This document shows positions 41,639 to 52,600 of a DNA stretch of 64,000 bases, one piece after another. A program made the position numbers and the translations under genes. The stretch is taken from NCBI GenBank assembly GCA_963837955.1, contig CAWIPH010000002.1, positions 2,976,001-3,040,000 on the forward strand, given 5' to 3'. Origin of the DNA: an uncultured Verrucomicrobiae bacterium (GTDB taxonomy: Bacteria; Verrucomicrobiota; Verrucomicrobiia; Chthoniobacterales; JAFAMB01). Below the pieces are notes generated by a model. That model saw nothing but the letters and a program-made list of their open reading frames with translations. It had not been told where the DNA came from and searched no databases. How positions within the stretch are numbered: position 1 is the first letter of the stretch; each line of letters starts with the position of its first letter.

Positions 41639-42909
41639 AAATTTGCGGCGTCCGCCTGCGAGCTTACGAGTTCCATGTCCTCACGAAGTTCCCAAGTATA
41701 CGGCAATTTCACCAAGCCGGACCATTGCGAATTTTCCATCCGGAGTCCCTCAATCCACCCCGGCGCCACTTCAAACTCAAGTAAGCACTCAGCCTTTTGC
41801 ACCTGGAAATTATTGAGGTAGACCGCACCGAACAAATGATAGCGCCCAGGGTTAAGGCGCAACGGATTCACAATACATTGCAAGGTAATATCTCCCGTCA
41901 AAGGACCGAGATTTGCTTTTTCGCTGCTAAATTCTGTAACATAAACCAAATTCTCGTTGTAGATTTCCAGCGCGCAGTGAGCCCCTGGTACCATCGAGGC
42001 GACCTCAACCTGAAAATGGGCTGGCTTGCCGGTAGTTAGTACGTTTTGCAAAGTATCTTGGCCTTGCGACACAGTCGCGGAAATCACTGATGGTGTGCCA
42101 GCAATTTTGGGTCTTACGGATCGCGGTTGCTCGGCCACCACGTTCAGATAAGCCTGGATCGCCCGAGCCGGGGTGTCATCGGCAATCATTCTCCCTTCCC
42201 GCAATGCGATCACCCGCGAGCAAATGTTTTGCACCGCGGCCAGATCATGACTGACAAAAAGCACGGTACGCCCACCTTTTGCCACGTCGTTCATTTTGCC
42301 GAGGCATTTCTTCTGAAACTCGGCGTCGCCCACCGCCAGAATTTCATCGGCTATCAAAATGCCGGCATCAAGAAACGCAGCCACAGCGAATGCTAGCCGT
42401 ACGCGCATTCCGCTGGAATAGCGCTTCGCTGGAGTGTCGATAAACTGTGAAATTCCAGAGAAATCAATGATAGCATCCAGTTTCCGTCGCGTTGTTTTCT
42501 GGGGCATGCCAAGAATGGCGGCATTCAAGAAGATATTTTCGCGCCCGGTGAGATCGGGGTGCATCCCGGTGCCAACCTCCAACAACGAGGCAACTCGCTG
42601 TCGCAACACCGCCTCGCCCGCCGTTGGTTCGGTAATCCGCGAAAGGATTTTGAGCAAGGTAGACTTACCAGCTCCATTGCTTCCCACAAATCCGAGTGCT
42701 TCACCGTGCTGAACCTGGAAACTAATGTCGCGGAGCGCCCAGACCCATTTCGATTTGTCTTTGGCGCTAGGGATACCTCCGGGGCCGGCCTGCTTCTCCT
42801 TCCGAATACGCGAAAATAATATTTGGAGATCCTCCTTCAAAGAAGTGGCACCGATTGTTCCCAAGCGGTAACGTTTTGAAAGATTGGAGACTTCGATTAC
42901 CGGTTTCAT
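41635..42909 (-). CDS. wzt: Polysaccharide ABC exporter ATPase with C-terminal extension
   Basis: Walker A GSNGAGKST, signature YSSGM, DEILAVGD and VSH. Confidence 0.93.
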   Translation of the reverse strand: MKPVIEVSNLSKRYRLGTIGATSLKEDLQILFSRIRKEKQAGPGGIPSAKDKSKWVWALRDISFQVQHGEALGFVGSNGAGKSTLLKILSRITEPTAGEAVLRQRVASLLEVGTGMHPDLTGRENIFLNAAILGMPQKTTRRKLDAIIDFSGISQFIDTPAKRYSSGMRVRLAFAVAAFLDAGILIADEILAVGDAEFQKKCLGKMNDVAKGGRTVLFVSHDLAAVQNICSRVIALREGRMIADDTPARAIQAYLNVVAEQPRSVRPKIAGTPSVISATVSQGQDTLQNVLTTGKPAHFQVEVASMVPGAHCALEIYNENLVYVTEFSSEKANLGPLTGDITLQCIVNPLRLNPGRYHLFGAVYLNNFQVQKAECLLEFEVAPGWIEGLRMENSQWSGLVKLPYTWELREDMELVSSQADAANL

Positions 42910-42921
42910 CGTTATCCCGTG

Positions 42922-43793
42922 CTAAATCGAGTCCACGAACGTCCGTTCTGTCCGTCGAAATATGAGTAGCCCCGCGATCAAGAGCACTCCGGTAATGGCA
43001 ATCGATATTATATTTTCTCGAGCCGTAATCGTCGAAACTCCGAGGACTACCCCGCGAAAATTCTCGATGATCGGCGCAGCGGGGTTTGCCAGGATGATCC
43101 AGTGATATTGTTGGCTAATCCGCGAAGCCGGGTAAACGATAGGAGTGACGTACATCCAGATCTGGAGCAAGAATGCGATTAAGTGGGTTAGATCCCGGTA
43201 TTTCGCGGTACAAGCCGAAAAAAGCAGACCCACCCCTAAACTGAGGAACGCGGTTTGCAGCATCAAAAGGGGGATAATGTAAATAGCTTCGCCGTATTTT
43301 GGGAAAAACTTTGCTCCGGTTAGCTTAAAAAAAACACAAAGCCAACCAGACTAATAAATTGAACGAGCATCGCTATCGCGTTGGAAAATGTACTAGCGAG
43401 CGGCGCGATGAGTCTCGGAAAATACACTTTTTCAAAAAGATAAGCGTAATTTCCGAAGATGTTGGAGGTGCTGGTTACATTCAACGATAGGTAAGACCAG
43501 ATCGTTAGTCCGGAAAGATAAAAGAGAATCGGAGGAAGGCCATCCGTTGGCAGCTGGGCAACGCGATTGAAGATCACAGTGAACACCAGCGTTGTCAGCA
43601 AGGGCTGCAATAAGAACCAGAGCGGACCCAAAATCGTTTGCTTGTACTTCAGCAGAAAATCGCGCTGAACGAGCAGGAACAAGACATCACGGAATTCAAA
43701 GAGCTCCCGCACGGGGAAATCGAGCCAATTAGCGTTTGGCTTGATCTGAACCTCATAAGCAGATTCTCCAGTAGCTTGCATATCTACATCCAT
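42922..43793 (-). pseudogene. wzm: Polysaccharide ABC permease split by a -1 frameshift in a T8 tract (pseudogene, phase-variable gene or sequencing error)
   Basis: The N-part (KYKQTILGPLW, KVYFPR) stops at 43320 and the C-part (KYRDL, PIVYP, ANP) is in another frame. Adding one T at 43327-43334 fuses them seamlessly. Confidence 0.9.
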
Positions 43794-43813
43794 TTTTCCC
43801 GCAGTAATGTTAG

Positions 43814-45142
43814 TTACGGCCCTTTGGAAGAATCCTTTAGTCGCGAATTTGATTGGCGAGAACGCCCGCGACGGTCCTCGGTTCGTTCGTTCTTGAGCTG
43901 TAGCTTTGCCAATCCCGATACTTTCCGGGCAAATTCGGAAAGGCAAGTCTTACTCGCTCGCCAGAATTGGTCGGGGATGACTCTTCGACGCACTTGCCGC
44001 AGCAGACTAAATAGACGGCCCTTCCAGCCGAGTTGTTTTTTTATGATCCACCACTCGAAGGCAACGATTAAGGTCAAACTTTCGCGGCTAACCAATCCCA
44101 GCCAGCGATAATGTCGCCGATAGTCGTTGTAGGCTTCCTTAAATCGGGCCAGATTCTCTTCTGTTGGATGATAGTTGCGCGAATCGATTGCATCTGACGG
44201 AGTGCTGAAACGAGGACGTTTTTTTTGCACCTCCAGGCAAACCTGACATTGCGCCTTGAGTAAAATTGTCGCCGGAGCGGCCTCCGGAAAAGCGTTCCGA
44301 TGTGCGCGCATATATGTCCGGAAGGGAACATGAAAAAAAAATGGAAGATGATCCGCGCGCCAGAGAGCGTGGCCTGCGCTGCCGGAATAACTTAATGAAC
44401 GGAGCATGCTCCCAAAATCGATCATTCGAATTTGAAGTTCCTCAGCAAGCTCCTGGGCGACGATCTTGGCGGCGCCCCCCAGCGAGATAAATGCAGAATC
44501 GGCGCCGCTCTCGCGAACTGCCGCTGCAATCTGCGCCTTAATCTCATCCAGATTCCGCGAGAGATCCCGTCCCTCACCGATAGGCTGGACAAATCGGATG
44601 CCGGCTGCTCCATCGAAACATCGCGCCGCGATCTGGCAGTAGTCGGAATCCTTTAGCAGTTCGCGTAGAAGCGGAGCTTCCGCTCCGCAAATTACTATCC
44701 GATGCCTTTGAATGTATCCCGGGAATTCAAACCAGGTCCAATCCGTCAATAGCCCGGATTTTTCGGGCGAGTCTTTCTGCACTTGGGACGATTTCGATCG
44801 GAGTCTAAGGTCTCGATTGTGCGTTCGATTGAATTCCTGGTTCCAATACCAATCTAGGTAATCACATTGCTCATAGCTCCGCAGCAGCCGGTCGCGGTGT
44901 TCAGCGTCAAGTCCGGGATAGCCGCGTGAAAATTCGACCGATCGCACTTCGGGCATCCGCGCAATCGATTCGAGGGGACCCTGTTGCAAGCGGAGTAGAA
45001 AGCGCAGTTCACCGTCGCCCATTCGCAAGTAGGAAAACTGCTCATGCGATTCGAGAAGAGCCGTTAGTTCAGTGAGGGCGGTGGTTCTCTCCAAAGAGAG
45101 CGCACCAATTTCCACTGCTGAATGCTTTGTCGATACTGCCAT
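43814..45142 (-). CDS. Hypothetical protein, candidate GT-D fold (DUF1792-like) glycosyltransferase
   Basis: N-terminal SYLRMGDGE and later SLGGAAK...IDFGS resemble GT-D family motifs; first gene of the glycan operon. Confidence 0.55.
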   Translation of the reverse strand: MAVSTKHSAVEIGALSLERTTALTELTALLESHEQFSYLRMGDGELRFLLRLQQGPLESIARMPEVRSVEFSRGYPGLDAEHRDRLLRSYEQCDYLDWYWNQEFNRTHNRDLRLRSKSSQVQKDSPEKSGLLTDWTWFEFPGYIQRHRIVICGAEAPLLRELLKDSDYCQIAARCFDGAAGIRFVQPIGEGRDLSRNLDEIKAQIAAAVRESGADSAFISLGGAAKIVAQELAEELQIRMIDFGSMLRSLSYSGSAGHALWRADHLPFFFHVPFRTYMRAHRNAFPEAAPATILLKAQCQVCLEVQKKRPRFSTPSDAIDSRNYHPTEENLARFKEAYNDYRRHYRWLGLVSRESLTLIVAFEWWIIKKQLGWKGRLFSLLRQVRRRVIPDQFWRASKTCLSEFARKVSGLAKLQLKNERTEDRRGRSRQSNSRLKDSSKGP

Positions 45143-45427
45143 TCGGCGCTCACCTCATTCTGCGAAGAGATCCCGGGCCAGTTAGATCCAGCGCATAAGC
45201 GGCGTTTTCGCAGCGTAGAGGTTAGCTCAAGTCTAGCGTCCGGCAAGCCAAAGACAGAAAAAGTCAAGCCCGCTCCCGAGAACCCCGGAAGCAAGTCCGG
45301 TCAGCACGTGCCCACAGCGCAACTATTTCGGGTCTGAATTAAAAAAGAAACCGCCCATACAGACGTGAAATAATTGTTTGAATCTAGTGTTTATGATTGT
45401 TATCGTATTTCTACTCACTCTGTCGTC

Positions 45428-45697
45428 GTGCGTGAAGAAATCCGACTCTCATTAGGTACGCTGGCCCTTTTATGCGGCTTGCTGGCTCTCGGTTTTGCGC
45501 TCAGGGCTTATAACAATCCGCACGGGTTCGAATTGACCATCAGTTGCGGCGCTTCTGTAGTTCTGGCGGCGTTGGCAGGCTGGCTTGCACTCCTGTTTTA
45601 CCGCAATGGCCCGAGGGTCCGGCTCGCGGAACGGACTCGGATCCGGCATATCTTGCGCGATCTAAAATCCGACTTGCGAATTGTTCGGCGCAAATAG
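45428..45697 (+). CDS. Small hypothetical two-TM membrane protein
   Basis: Two hydrophobic helices and a basic C-tail. Start uncertain (45374 or 45428). Confidence 0.45.
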   Translation: MREEIRLSLGTLALLCGLLALGFALRAYNNPHGFELTISCGASVVLAALAGWLALLFYRNGPRVRLAERTRIRHILRDLKSDLRIVRRK

Positions 45698-45922
45698 CCT
45701 TTGCGATTCTTGGTCAGTCCGTGCCTCCAAAACCCCGTTCTGGATATTCCTCGTTTGTCCCATCACAGTCCGATTAGGTGCCCGGGCTTATTAACATCGC
45801 ACTTACGCCTGTCATGGAAATGACGCTACGATTCAGGAAGCCCTTCGTTGCAAGAAAGTTTATTGCCAGTATGGGTTCAAAGCCATCAGCCTCGCAAGAG
45901 ACGGCCAGACCAGTAGCAAAAC

Positions 45923-46465
45923 ATGGACCTGAGTACTTTTGCCAATGCGGATTTCGATCGGGGCGCCCCCAAATGGAAAGAAGGCCTCTGGATCCTCGTG
46001 CGGAGCTTCTTTTTCCTTAGCGCGCTGCCTTATCCCAGCAAACTAAAGACACTGCTTCTTCGATGGTTTGGGGCAGAGGTCGGTCGGAATGTCACGATCC
46101 GCTCCCAAGTAAATATCAGTTTCCCTTGGCGATTAGTTATCCGGGACGATGTATGGATCGGCGACGGAGTCTGGATCCTGAGCCTGGCGCAGGTCGTTAT
46201 CGAATCAAACATCTGTATCTCCCAGCGAAGCTATCTTTGTTCCGGGTCCCACGATTATCGGAAAAGCAGCTTCGATCTGATAACAAAACCAATCTTCATT
46301 CGTGAGCGCAGCTGGATTGCGGCAAACTCGTTCATCGGTCCAGGGGTAGAGATTGGTCCGGGTAGCGTGGTAGGCGCTGGCTCGGTCGTACTAGAGAACT
46401 TCGGGCCGAAAGTCCTAATTCGCGGGAACCCAGCGAAGGTTGTGAAAACGCTAGAAGGAAATTAG
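45923..46465 (+). CDS. wcaF: WcaF-like polysaccharide O-acetyltransferase (left-handed beta-helix)
   Basis: LLRWFGA, FPWRL, CISQ..YLCSGSHD, hexapeptide repeats and GNPA. Confidence 0.88.
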   Translation: MDLSTFANADFDRGAPKWKEGLWILVRSFFFLSALPYPSKLKTLLLRWFGAEVGRNVTIRSQVNISFPWRLVIRDDVWIGDGVWILSLAQVVIESNICISQRSYLCSGSHDYRKSSFDLITKPIFIRERSWIAANSFIGPGVEIGPGSVVGAGSVVLENFGPKVLIRGNPAKVVKTLEGN

Positions 46466-47574
46466 TGCGCATCTTATTTCTCAATCAATTCGCTCCCCCC
46501 GATCCAGCGCCGACCGCACAGCTCGTAGGCCGACTTGCCGATGCGCTTCGTCGGGACGGTTATGAAGTGCAGATTGTTGGTACGAAACAGCGGTACCGAT
46601 CTCGCGCCAGAGGCATTCTTTTTCGGCTAATGGATGAACTGACAGCCCTCCTCGGCCTTCTCTACCATGCGACAAAAGCTGAGCGACCTGACACCGTTAT
46701 ATCCACATCTTCACCGCCTGGTTTGCTGGTGGTTGGCCTGATTGTCGCCAAGCTCAAGCGAGCGCGCTGTATTCATTGGGCAATGGATCTCTATCCAGAG
46801 CTGGTATTTCGTTTGGGCAAACGTTGGCCCAGAGTTTTCGAAGATTTCTCCTATTGGCTGATGGGAAAGGCTTATCGACAGAGTAACCAAATCGTCACCT
46901 TAGACGAGGATATGCGGGCACACTTAAATCGCCAGTACGCAGTCGAAGCCTCGGTCATTCGACCATGGATCCTCCAATCTGCGCTTCCGGCATCAGCACC
47001 GTTCCCTGAGAAAACGCCATTCTTCTGGATTTATTCCGGAAACCTGGGTCGCGCGCACGAATGGAAAATACTGCTGGAGGCGCAAGCGATATTGGAATCC
47101 CGTAGCCTGCCAATCTATTTAGTCTTTCAAGGCGGCGGCGCATCCCGCGCGAAGGCGGAGGAGGCTGCTAGCATCGCCGGATTGAGACAAGTGGACTGGA
47201 GAAGCTACGCAGCCGAGTCCGAGTTGATCGAGTCGTTGTTGCGCGCGCATGTTTTCATTGTTACCCAAAGACTCAGCGTCCGAGGTCTGTTATGGCCGAG
47301 TAAACTCGGTTTGCTGAAGAAGCTGCCGCGCCCGTTGGTGTTTATCGGCCCGACCGACAGCGCGATTGCAGCTGAGGTTAACTCTTTGCCCAATGGGGCA
47401 ACATTTGAGCCAACCCAAAGTCGAAGTTTGGCCGCGCATATTGAAGAGCTATTCGAAGTTTGGCCCCCAAAACTTAGTCTCATTGTCGATACTGCCGACG
47501 AATTTCCGGAAATATACAAAAACTGGAGAGCTGTCCTCGATCGGGCTGCTGTAGAGCAACCTACTTTCAAGTGA
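46465..47574 (+). CDS. Glycosyltransferase family 4 (WcaI-like)
   Basis: NQFAPPD, SSPP, MDLYPE, YSGNLGRAH and PSK. Confidence 0.85.
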   Translation: MRILFLNQFAPPDPAPTAQLVGRLADALRRDGYEVQIVGTKQRYRSRARGILFRLMDELTALLGLLYHATKAERPDTVISTSSPPGLLVVGLIVAKLKRARCIHWAMDLYPELVFRLGKRWPRVFEDFSYWLMGKAYRQSNQIVTLDEDMRAHLNRQYAVEASVIRPWILQSALPASAPFPEKTPFFWIYSGNLGRAHEWKILLEAQAILESRSLPIYLVFQGGGASRAKAEEAASIAGLRQVDWRSYAAESELIESLLRAHVFIVTQRLSVRGLLWPSKLGLLKKLPRPLVFIGPTDSAIAAEVNSLPNGATFEPTQSRSLAAHIEELFEVWPPKLSLIVDTADEFPEIYKNWRAVLDRAAVEQPTFK

Positions 47575-47627
47575 TTGACCCGATAAGAAGATTGCGGCCG
47601 ATCCGGTATCTCTTTCCAAGCTCATGG

Positions 47628-48185
47628 CTATTCCGCATGGTTCTCTGCTGATTTGAGCAGGCGAATCACTTTCGCTGGGTTACCGACTGCCACACATTTT
47701 GACGGAAGTGATTTTGTGACCACGCTCCCGGCACCGACAATGGAACCGGAGCCGACGACTACGCCTTTCAAAATGGTTACGTGCGCGCCGAGCCAACAAC
47801 CGTCTTCAATGACGGTGGGCTTACTGACGAGCGCGCCGGCGCTGCCCTCCAGGTCGTGATCGTGATCAGTCAGGTAGCAGAAAGGACCAATCATACATCC
47901 CGCTCCAATATCAACCAGTTCAGATGCGTCGATAAAAGTGTTCCGATTGATGTAAGTTTGCCGGCCCAAGATGATCCTAGGCTTTTGTCGGCGATCGCCA
48001 GTGGTCAGTAACGTTACTCGTTCATCCAGCATCACCCCTTGACCAATCGCGATATCCCAGGGATTTCGCGGAATCCGTACGCTCCGAAGCCAACATTTAC
48101 CCTCGATTCGGACGCCACGCGCAAGAAGCAAAAATGCCTGGAAGCGAGAGCAAAGACCAACCCAAGCTCGAATCATCAACTCCAT
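47628..48185 (-). CDS. LbH acetyl/acyltransferase (maltose O-acetyltransferase-like)
   Basis: Hexapeptide repeats, DHDH, GAGSVVTK and GNPAK. Confidence 0.88.
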   Translation of the reverse strand: MELMIRAWVGLCSRFQAFLLLARGVRIEGKCWLRSVRIPRNPWDIAIGQGVMLDERVTLLTTGDRRQKPRIILGRQTYINRNTFIDASELVDIGAGCMIGPFCYLTDHDHDLEGSAGALVSKPTVIEDGCWLGAHVTILKGVVVGSGSIVGAGSVVTKSLPSKCVAVGNPAKVIRLLKSAENHAE

Positions 48186-49081
48186 GTGCCTCGTATCGCC
48201 TTTAGCCAGCCCTCGTTCTGCGCTTTCGCCAACGCAATTGTATCAAACAGCCGATGAACAAACATTTTTATTTCCAACTTGAGGCCGCTCAGACCCATCA
48301 CATCACGTGCAACAATCCGACGACTTCGCATCGCCGCGGCTGCATAGGCAGCCTTATCCATCTTGAAAGGCGTGGGTGCAGAATTGTGCTCATAAACGGC
48401 CTCGCTCTCGAAAAGCAAGCGGTGCGTTCTCGCAATCCGGGCCGATAAATGAACGTCCTCCATGAAACTGTAGCCCTCAAAATCTGGGAAACGCTCTCGA
48501 GCAAACAACTCCGACCGGTAGAGAACGCACGTCGAGTTCAACCAATCTGAAGATATCAAACCAGATTGTTCTTCGTAACAAGGGTGAGTGTTGATGGCTG
48601 GGCCAAAAAGCCGCGCGCCGAAGTTTGGATGTGAATAGCCAGCCTGCAGCCGATAATACCACCAAAGCAGCCCTCGAGGCTTAGGATGGCCAAGACCTTC
48701 GATATGCCCAGCTACACCACCGACCGTATGCCCGTTCTCGGCTTCAAAAGGAGCCACCAGCCGAGAAAAGGTCTGCGGAGGTAGAACAACGTCGTCGTCA
48801 ACAAACGCGATCAGGGGGGTCGAAACTGACAGCGCACCTAGATTCCGCTGTTCAGCGGCGCTTGGGTTCGGGGCTCGAACGTAAAGTAGCGGCAGATTGC
48901 CTTTTATCCGCTCCGCAAGATCGCTCGTTTCATTGCCGGAGGAAGCATCCACTAATATTACCGAGGATGGTGGCCTGGTCTGTTGCATCAGCGAATCGAG
49001 AACCATGGCGAGCGAATCTGGTCGATCCAGCGTGGCTATGACTGCGGAATAAGTAAGTTGATTGGTCGAGGAAACGGTCAT
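48176..49081 (-). CDS. Glycosyltransferase family 2
   Basis: IATLDR, VDAS, QRN, FVDDD and MEDV. Confidence 0.88.
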   Translation of the reverse strand: MTVSSTNQLTYSAVIATLDRPDSLAMVLDSLMQQTRPPSSVILVDASSGNETSDLAERIKGNLPLLYVRAPNPSAAEQRNLGALSVSTPLIAFVDDDVVLPPQTFSRLVAPFEAENGHTVGGVAGHIEGLGHPKPRGLLWWYYRLQAGYSHPNFGARLFGPAINTHPCYEEQSGLISSDWLNSTCVLYRSELFARERFPDFEGYSFMEDVHLSARIARTHRLLFESEAVYEHNSAPTPFKMDKAAYAAAAMRSRRIVARDVMGLSGLKLEIKMFVHRLFDTIALAKAQNEGWLKAIRGTWS

Positions 49082-49458
49082 AGCGCCGCGGCATCATTGT
49101 TCGCGGCATCCGACCAATCCACTTGGAACCGGTCGCGCCGACAGAGTGACTCCAGAAAGAACCTCTCCGGAGCGTGCTCGAGGCAGGATCTAAGAATTCT
49201 TCTCAAAGCAGAACGACACACCACGAATCGGTCGCGATTGGATTCCTTTCGAAACCGGTACGCTCGCTCTGGTTCAATTAGTTCTCGAATATCCCAATCG
49301 CAGTCTCCGACCGCCACATCTAATGATACCCTGCATATATGGAGGCTCGATTCTGGAAGAATGCACGCGGATGAAACCACCTCAAGGTAATCACAGATCA
49401 CGGATCCTATGCCTTCCCTCTTCCTGCCCGGAATCAAATCGGTGTCTTGAAAGTCCAT
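49078..49458 (-). pseudogene. Degenerate 5' fragment of the phosphopantetheinyl transferase gene
   Basis: LPESS...DWDI...ERAYRFRKE..RDRFVVCRSALRRIL...APER aligns to the N-half of 60141-60824; it lacks HS, DIE and WxxKEA. Confidence 0.8.
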
Positions 49459-49618
49459 CGAATGGAGGAGATCGACCCTATTGGTGGCTTCTAAAGCGCT
49501 GCCCTAACAAAAATTGCGGCTATTCCCATACCTGTACTCCGAGCGCTGCTGTAGATCGAAAGTCACGCAACGTGATACAGTCCAAGCACCCAGCAGTGCT
49601 TGCCAAAAGCCTGGGTGC

Positions 49619-52600
49619 CTACGGCCCGGCTTTCCTGAAAACTATGTGCTCCTGAATGGGAGGCTGCGCCCCTGTTTGACAACTAAGTAACCCTGTCAAC
49701 TTCCTGGCCACGTCCTCCGCTCCTGGCTCACGGATGAAAGAGACATGATCACCATCGAACTCGCAAATAGCTAGCTGAGATATCAACTTTCCCCAACCAT
49801 TCTGGGGATCGAATTCGATCGTCTTGCTCCGATCGCGGGCCCGGAGAAGTGTCGCAGCGCCGGCGAACGGTTTTGGCTCCCATTCAGACGATAGTTTCCG
49901 AAGAACAGTGGCCACATGCTGATGCTCCGGTTCTACCCATTCGATGTATTCCGGTCTTGAGCCATTTCTCTTCTCCAAAATCTTTTCTTTGGCCAAGTGT
50001 GCTCTCCACCGTAGATAACTTACCCAATCCTTCCAGCCGCGGCTTTTGAGAATGCTAAACCGGTATCTAATCCGTGTTGCCCGCTGTGCCATCTTCTCTC
50101 GGAATGACCAACGAATGTTCAGCTCCGAGGTGACGCTGTCTAAAATTGCTAGCAGGCTGATCTCCTTTCCGGTTAACTTAAGCTGACGCGCGACCTCGAA
50201 TGCGAGGAAACCGCCATAAGAATATCCAGCCAGGTTGTATGGCCCTGCTGGCTGAACCCGCAGAATTTCTTCGACGTAAAGTGCAGCCAACTCTTCCATC
50301 GAAGACACCGCCTCAGGATTTTTGTCGATCTGCGCCGCCCTGACTCCAAATACCGGTTGGGTTGGTTCCAGATGGCGTACGATATGCCGATATAAAAGAA
50401 TCTCGCCGTTCACCGCGTGAAGAAAGAAAAGCGGCGATTTCGAGCCTGCCGAATGGATCGGCACGATGCATTGACTTGCGACTGCGTGGCCACCGCGAAT
50501 CAAGCGAGAGAGGCTTTCAATGGTTCTGGCCTCAAAAAGCGTACCGACTCCGAGATCAAGCCCAAAGCCCTTCTTAATCTTGGTGAACAAGCGCACGGCG
50601 ATTAAGGAATGCCCTCCCAAATCAAAGAAGTCATCGCGCGCGCCCACCTGCTCAACTCCGAGAAGGTCGCTCCACCACGAAACTAGGGTGCGTTCGATAT
50701 CATCGCCCGGCGCTATTTCATCTCCGCCAACTAAGGGCTCAGGATTGTGCCGCGGAGTAGATTTTCTTTGGCCTGGCGCAACCGCGCGCTCCAACTGCAG
50801 AGAGGCCGGTGCAACAATGAGTTGTGGACGCAAACCAGCTTCCAGTAGGCGCTCAAGAGCCACAATTCCCTGATCGGTTGTTATCGCTGTTTCTTCTTCA
50901 TCGGTCTTCGATTCAAAACTGACCGGAATAGGCCGTTGCCGGTCAAAGTCCGTCTCCGTGCCTTCATGATAAAACATCGCGATATCCGTTACTCGCCGCA
51001 GAACGAATTCGTTGGCAGTAGCCAACACCGCGCCGCGCTCATCCAATAACGTTAAATCGAAAGTGACGATCTCATCTTGAATATTGTTATCTGTCGTCCA
51101 CGTGATATGCGCATAACAATGGCGAGGTAACGCACCGTAGACGCGGAGACGCTGATACAGAATCGGGACGTAGAGATCCTCCGTTTTTTCGTAGCCAGAG
51201 ATAGCGAACATCGCGGATCCGGTCGCAACGTCTAACAGAGCAGGATGTAACCCCACACTTTCTAGGTCAGATGTGAACTCCTCCGGCAACTCTGAAAAGC
51301 TAATCAGCTCCCGTTCTCCAAAATGAATTCGTCGTAAGGAACGCCAGCGCGGTCCGAAGTACAGAAACTTGGCCTGTTTCGTGTTTTGCACGTCAGATGA
51401 AAATGTCAGTGTGCTGCGACTACATCGTCGCAACGTTTCATCTAGAGGAAAGCGCTCCGGCGAAGTCTCTTCGGGAAAGTGCAGGGTAGCGGACACGCAT
51501 TCGGTCGTCGGAGATTTTCCCTCCTGCCGTCGCGCTGCTGAGACAGAAAATCGCCACTCGTCCCCAGTCTTGAAAATTCGACTCTGAATCGCCCTGGTCT
51601 TGCCAAAATCGACCATCAGCGGTGCCGCGAAAGACAAATTTCGCAGCTCAAAGCCTCCGGCGCGGAAATGTTTGGATGCGAGAACCCGAGCAATTTCTAT
51701 ATAGCCAGTGCCCGGTAACAAAGCCTCTGCACCGTGAAACCGGTGCTCGTTCAGTACCCAGTGGCGTTCGAAACTTAATTCCTGCTCGTAACAGACTTCC
51801 TGGTCGTTAGCGCGAACGCATCGACCGGCGAGCCAATTCGGAGGTCTCTGTCCGGTTGAATCTGAACCAGGCTGGACCTTGTTCGTTGCTGCTAAACCCA
51901 CGTCCCGCCACCGCCCCCAGTTAATCGCCATGACGTTCTTCCGACCCAGTGAATGCATCATTTGGGAGAACGCATCCTCAAAAGCGTTCGCTGCCGCGTA
52001 GTCGACTTGTCCAACCGGTGCTATCAGACTGCTGATCGAAGAAAAGAGCAGAAAAAAATCTAAATCGATTCCGGAAAGAGCCGCATTTAAATTCAAGGTA
52101 CCTTTGACCTTTGGTGCCAGCACGCTTTCCGCGCGATCCCTCTCTTTCAATTGGATCACTTCGTCATGAATCGTGCCGGCACAATGGAACACGCCGTCGA
52201 TCGTTCCCCATCGGTTCAGAATCGATGAAACGGCTTGGTGCATATCGTCCAGAAGTGTGACATCGCCACGCAAAGCGATGACCTCGGCACCCATTTTTTC
52301 CAGTTGCTTTACTTTTCGAATTCTTTCCTGCAACGGCTCCGCGGCCGTGAGCAACAAACTCTCCCAATCCGCCCTGGCCGGTAGCCCAGTCCGGTCGACC
52401 AACGCGATCCTCGCACCCTTCTTTCGCGCAAGAAATTCCGATACAGCGTAACCGATTCCACCCAGGCCCCCAGTGATTAGGTAAACCCCGTCGCGCTTTA
52501 TTCGCTGCAGGTCAGATCTCGGAGCAAGCTGAACGGATTCGATAGCCGAGACCCAACGTTCACCCTGGCGATACGCAATAATAGTATCGTTGTTGTCTTG

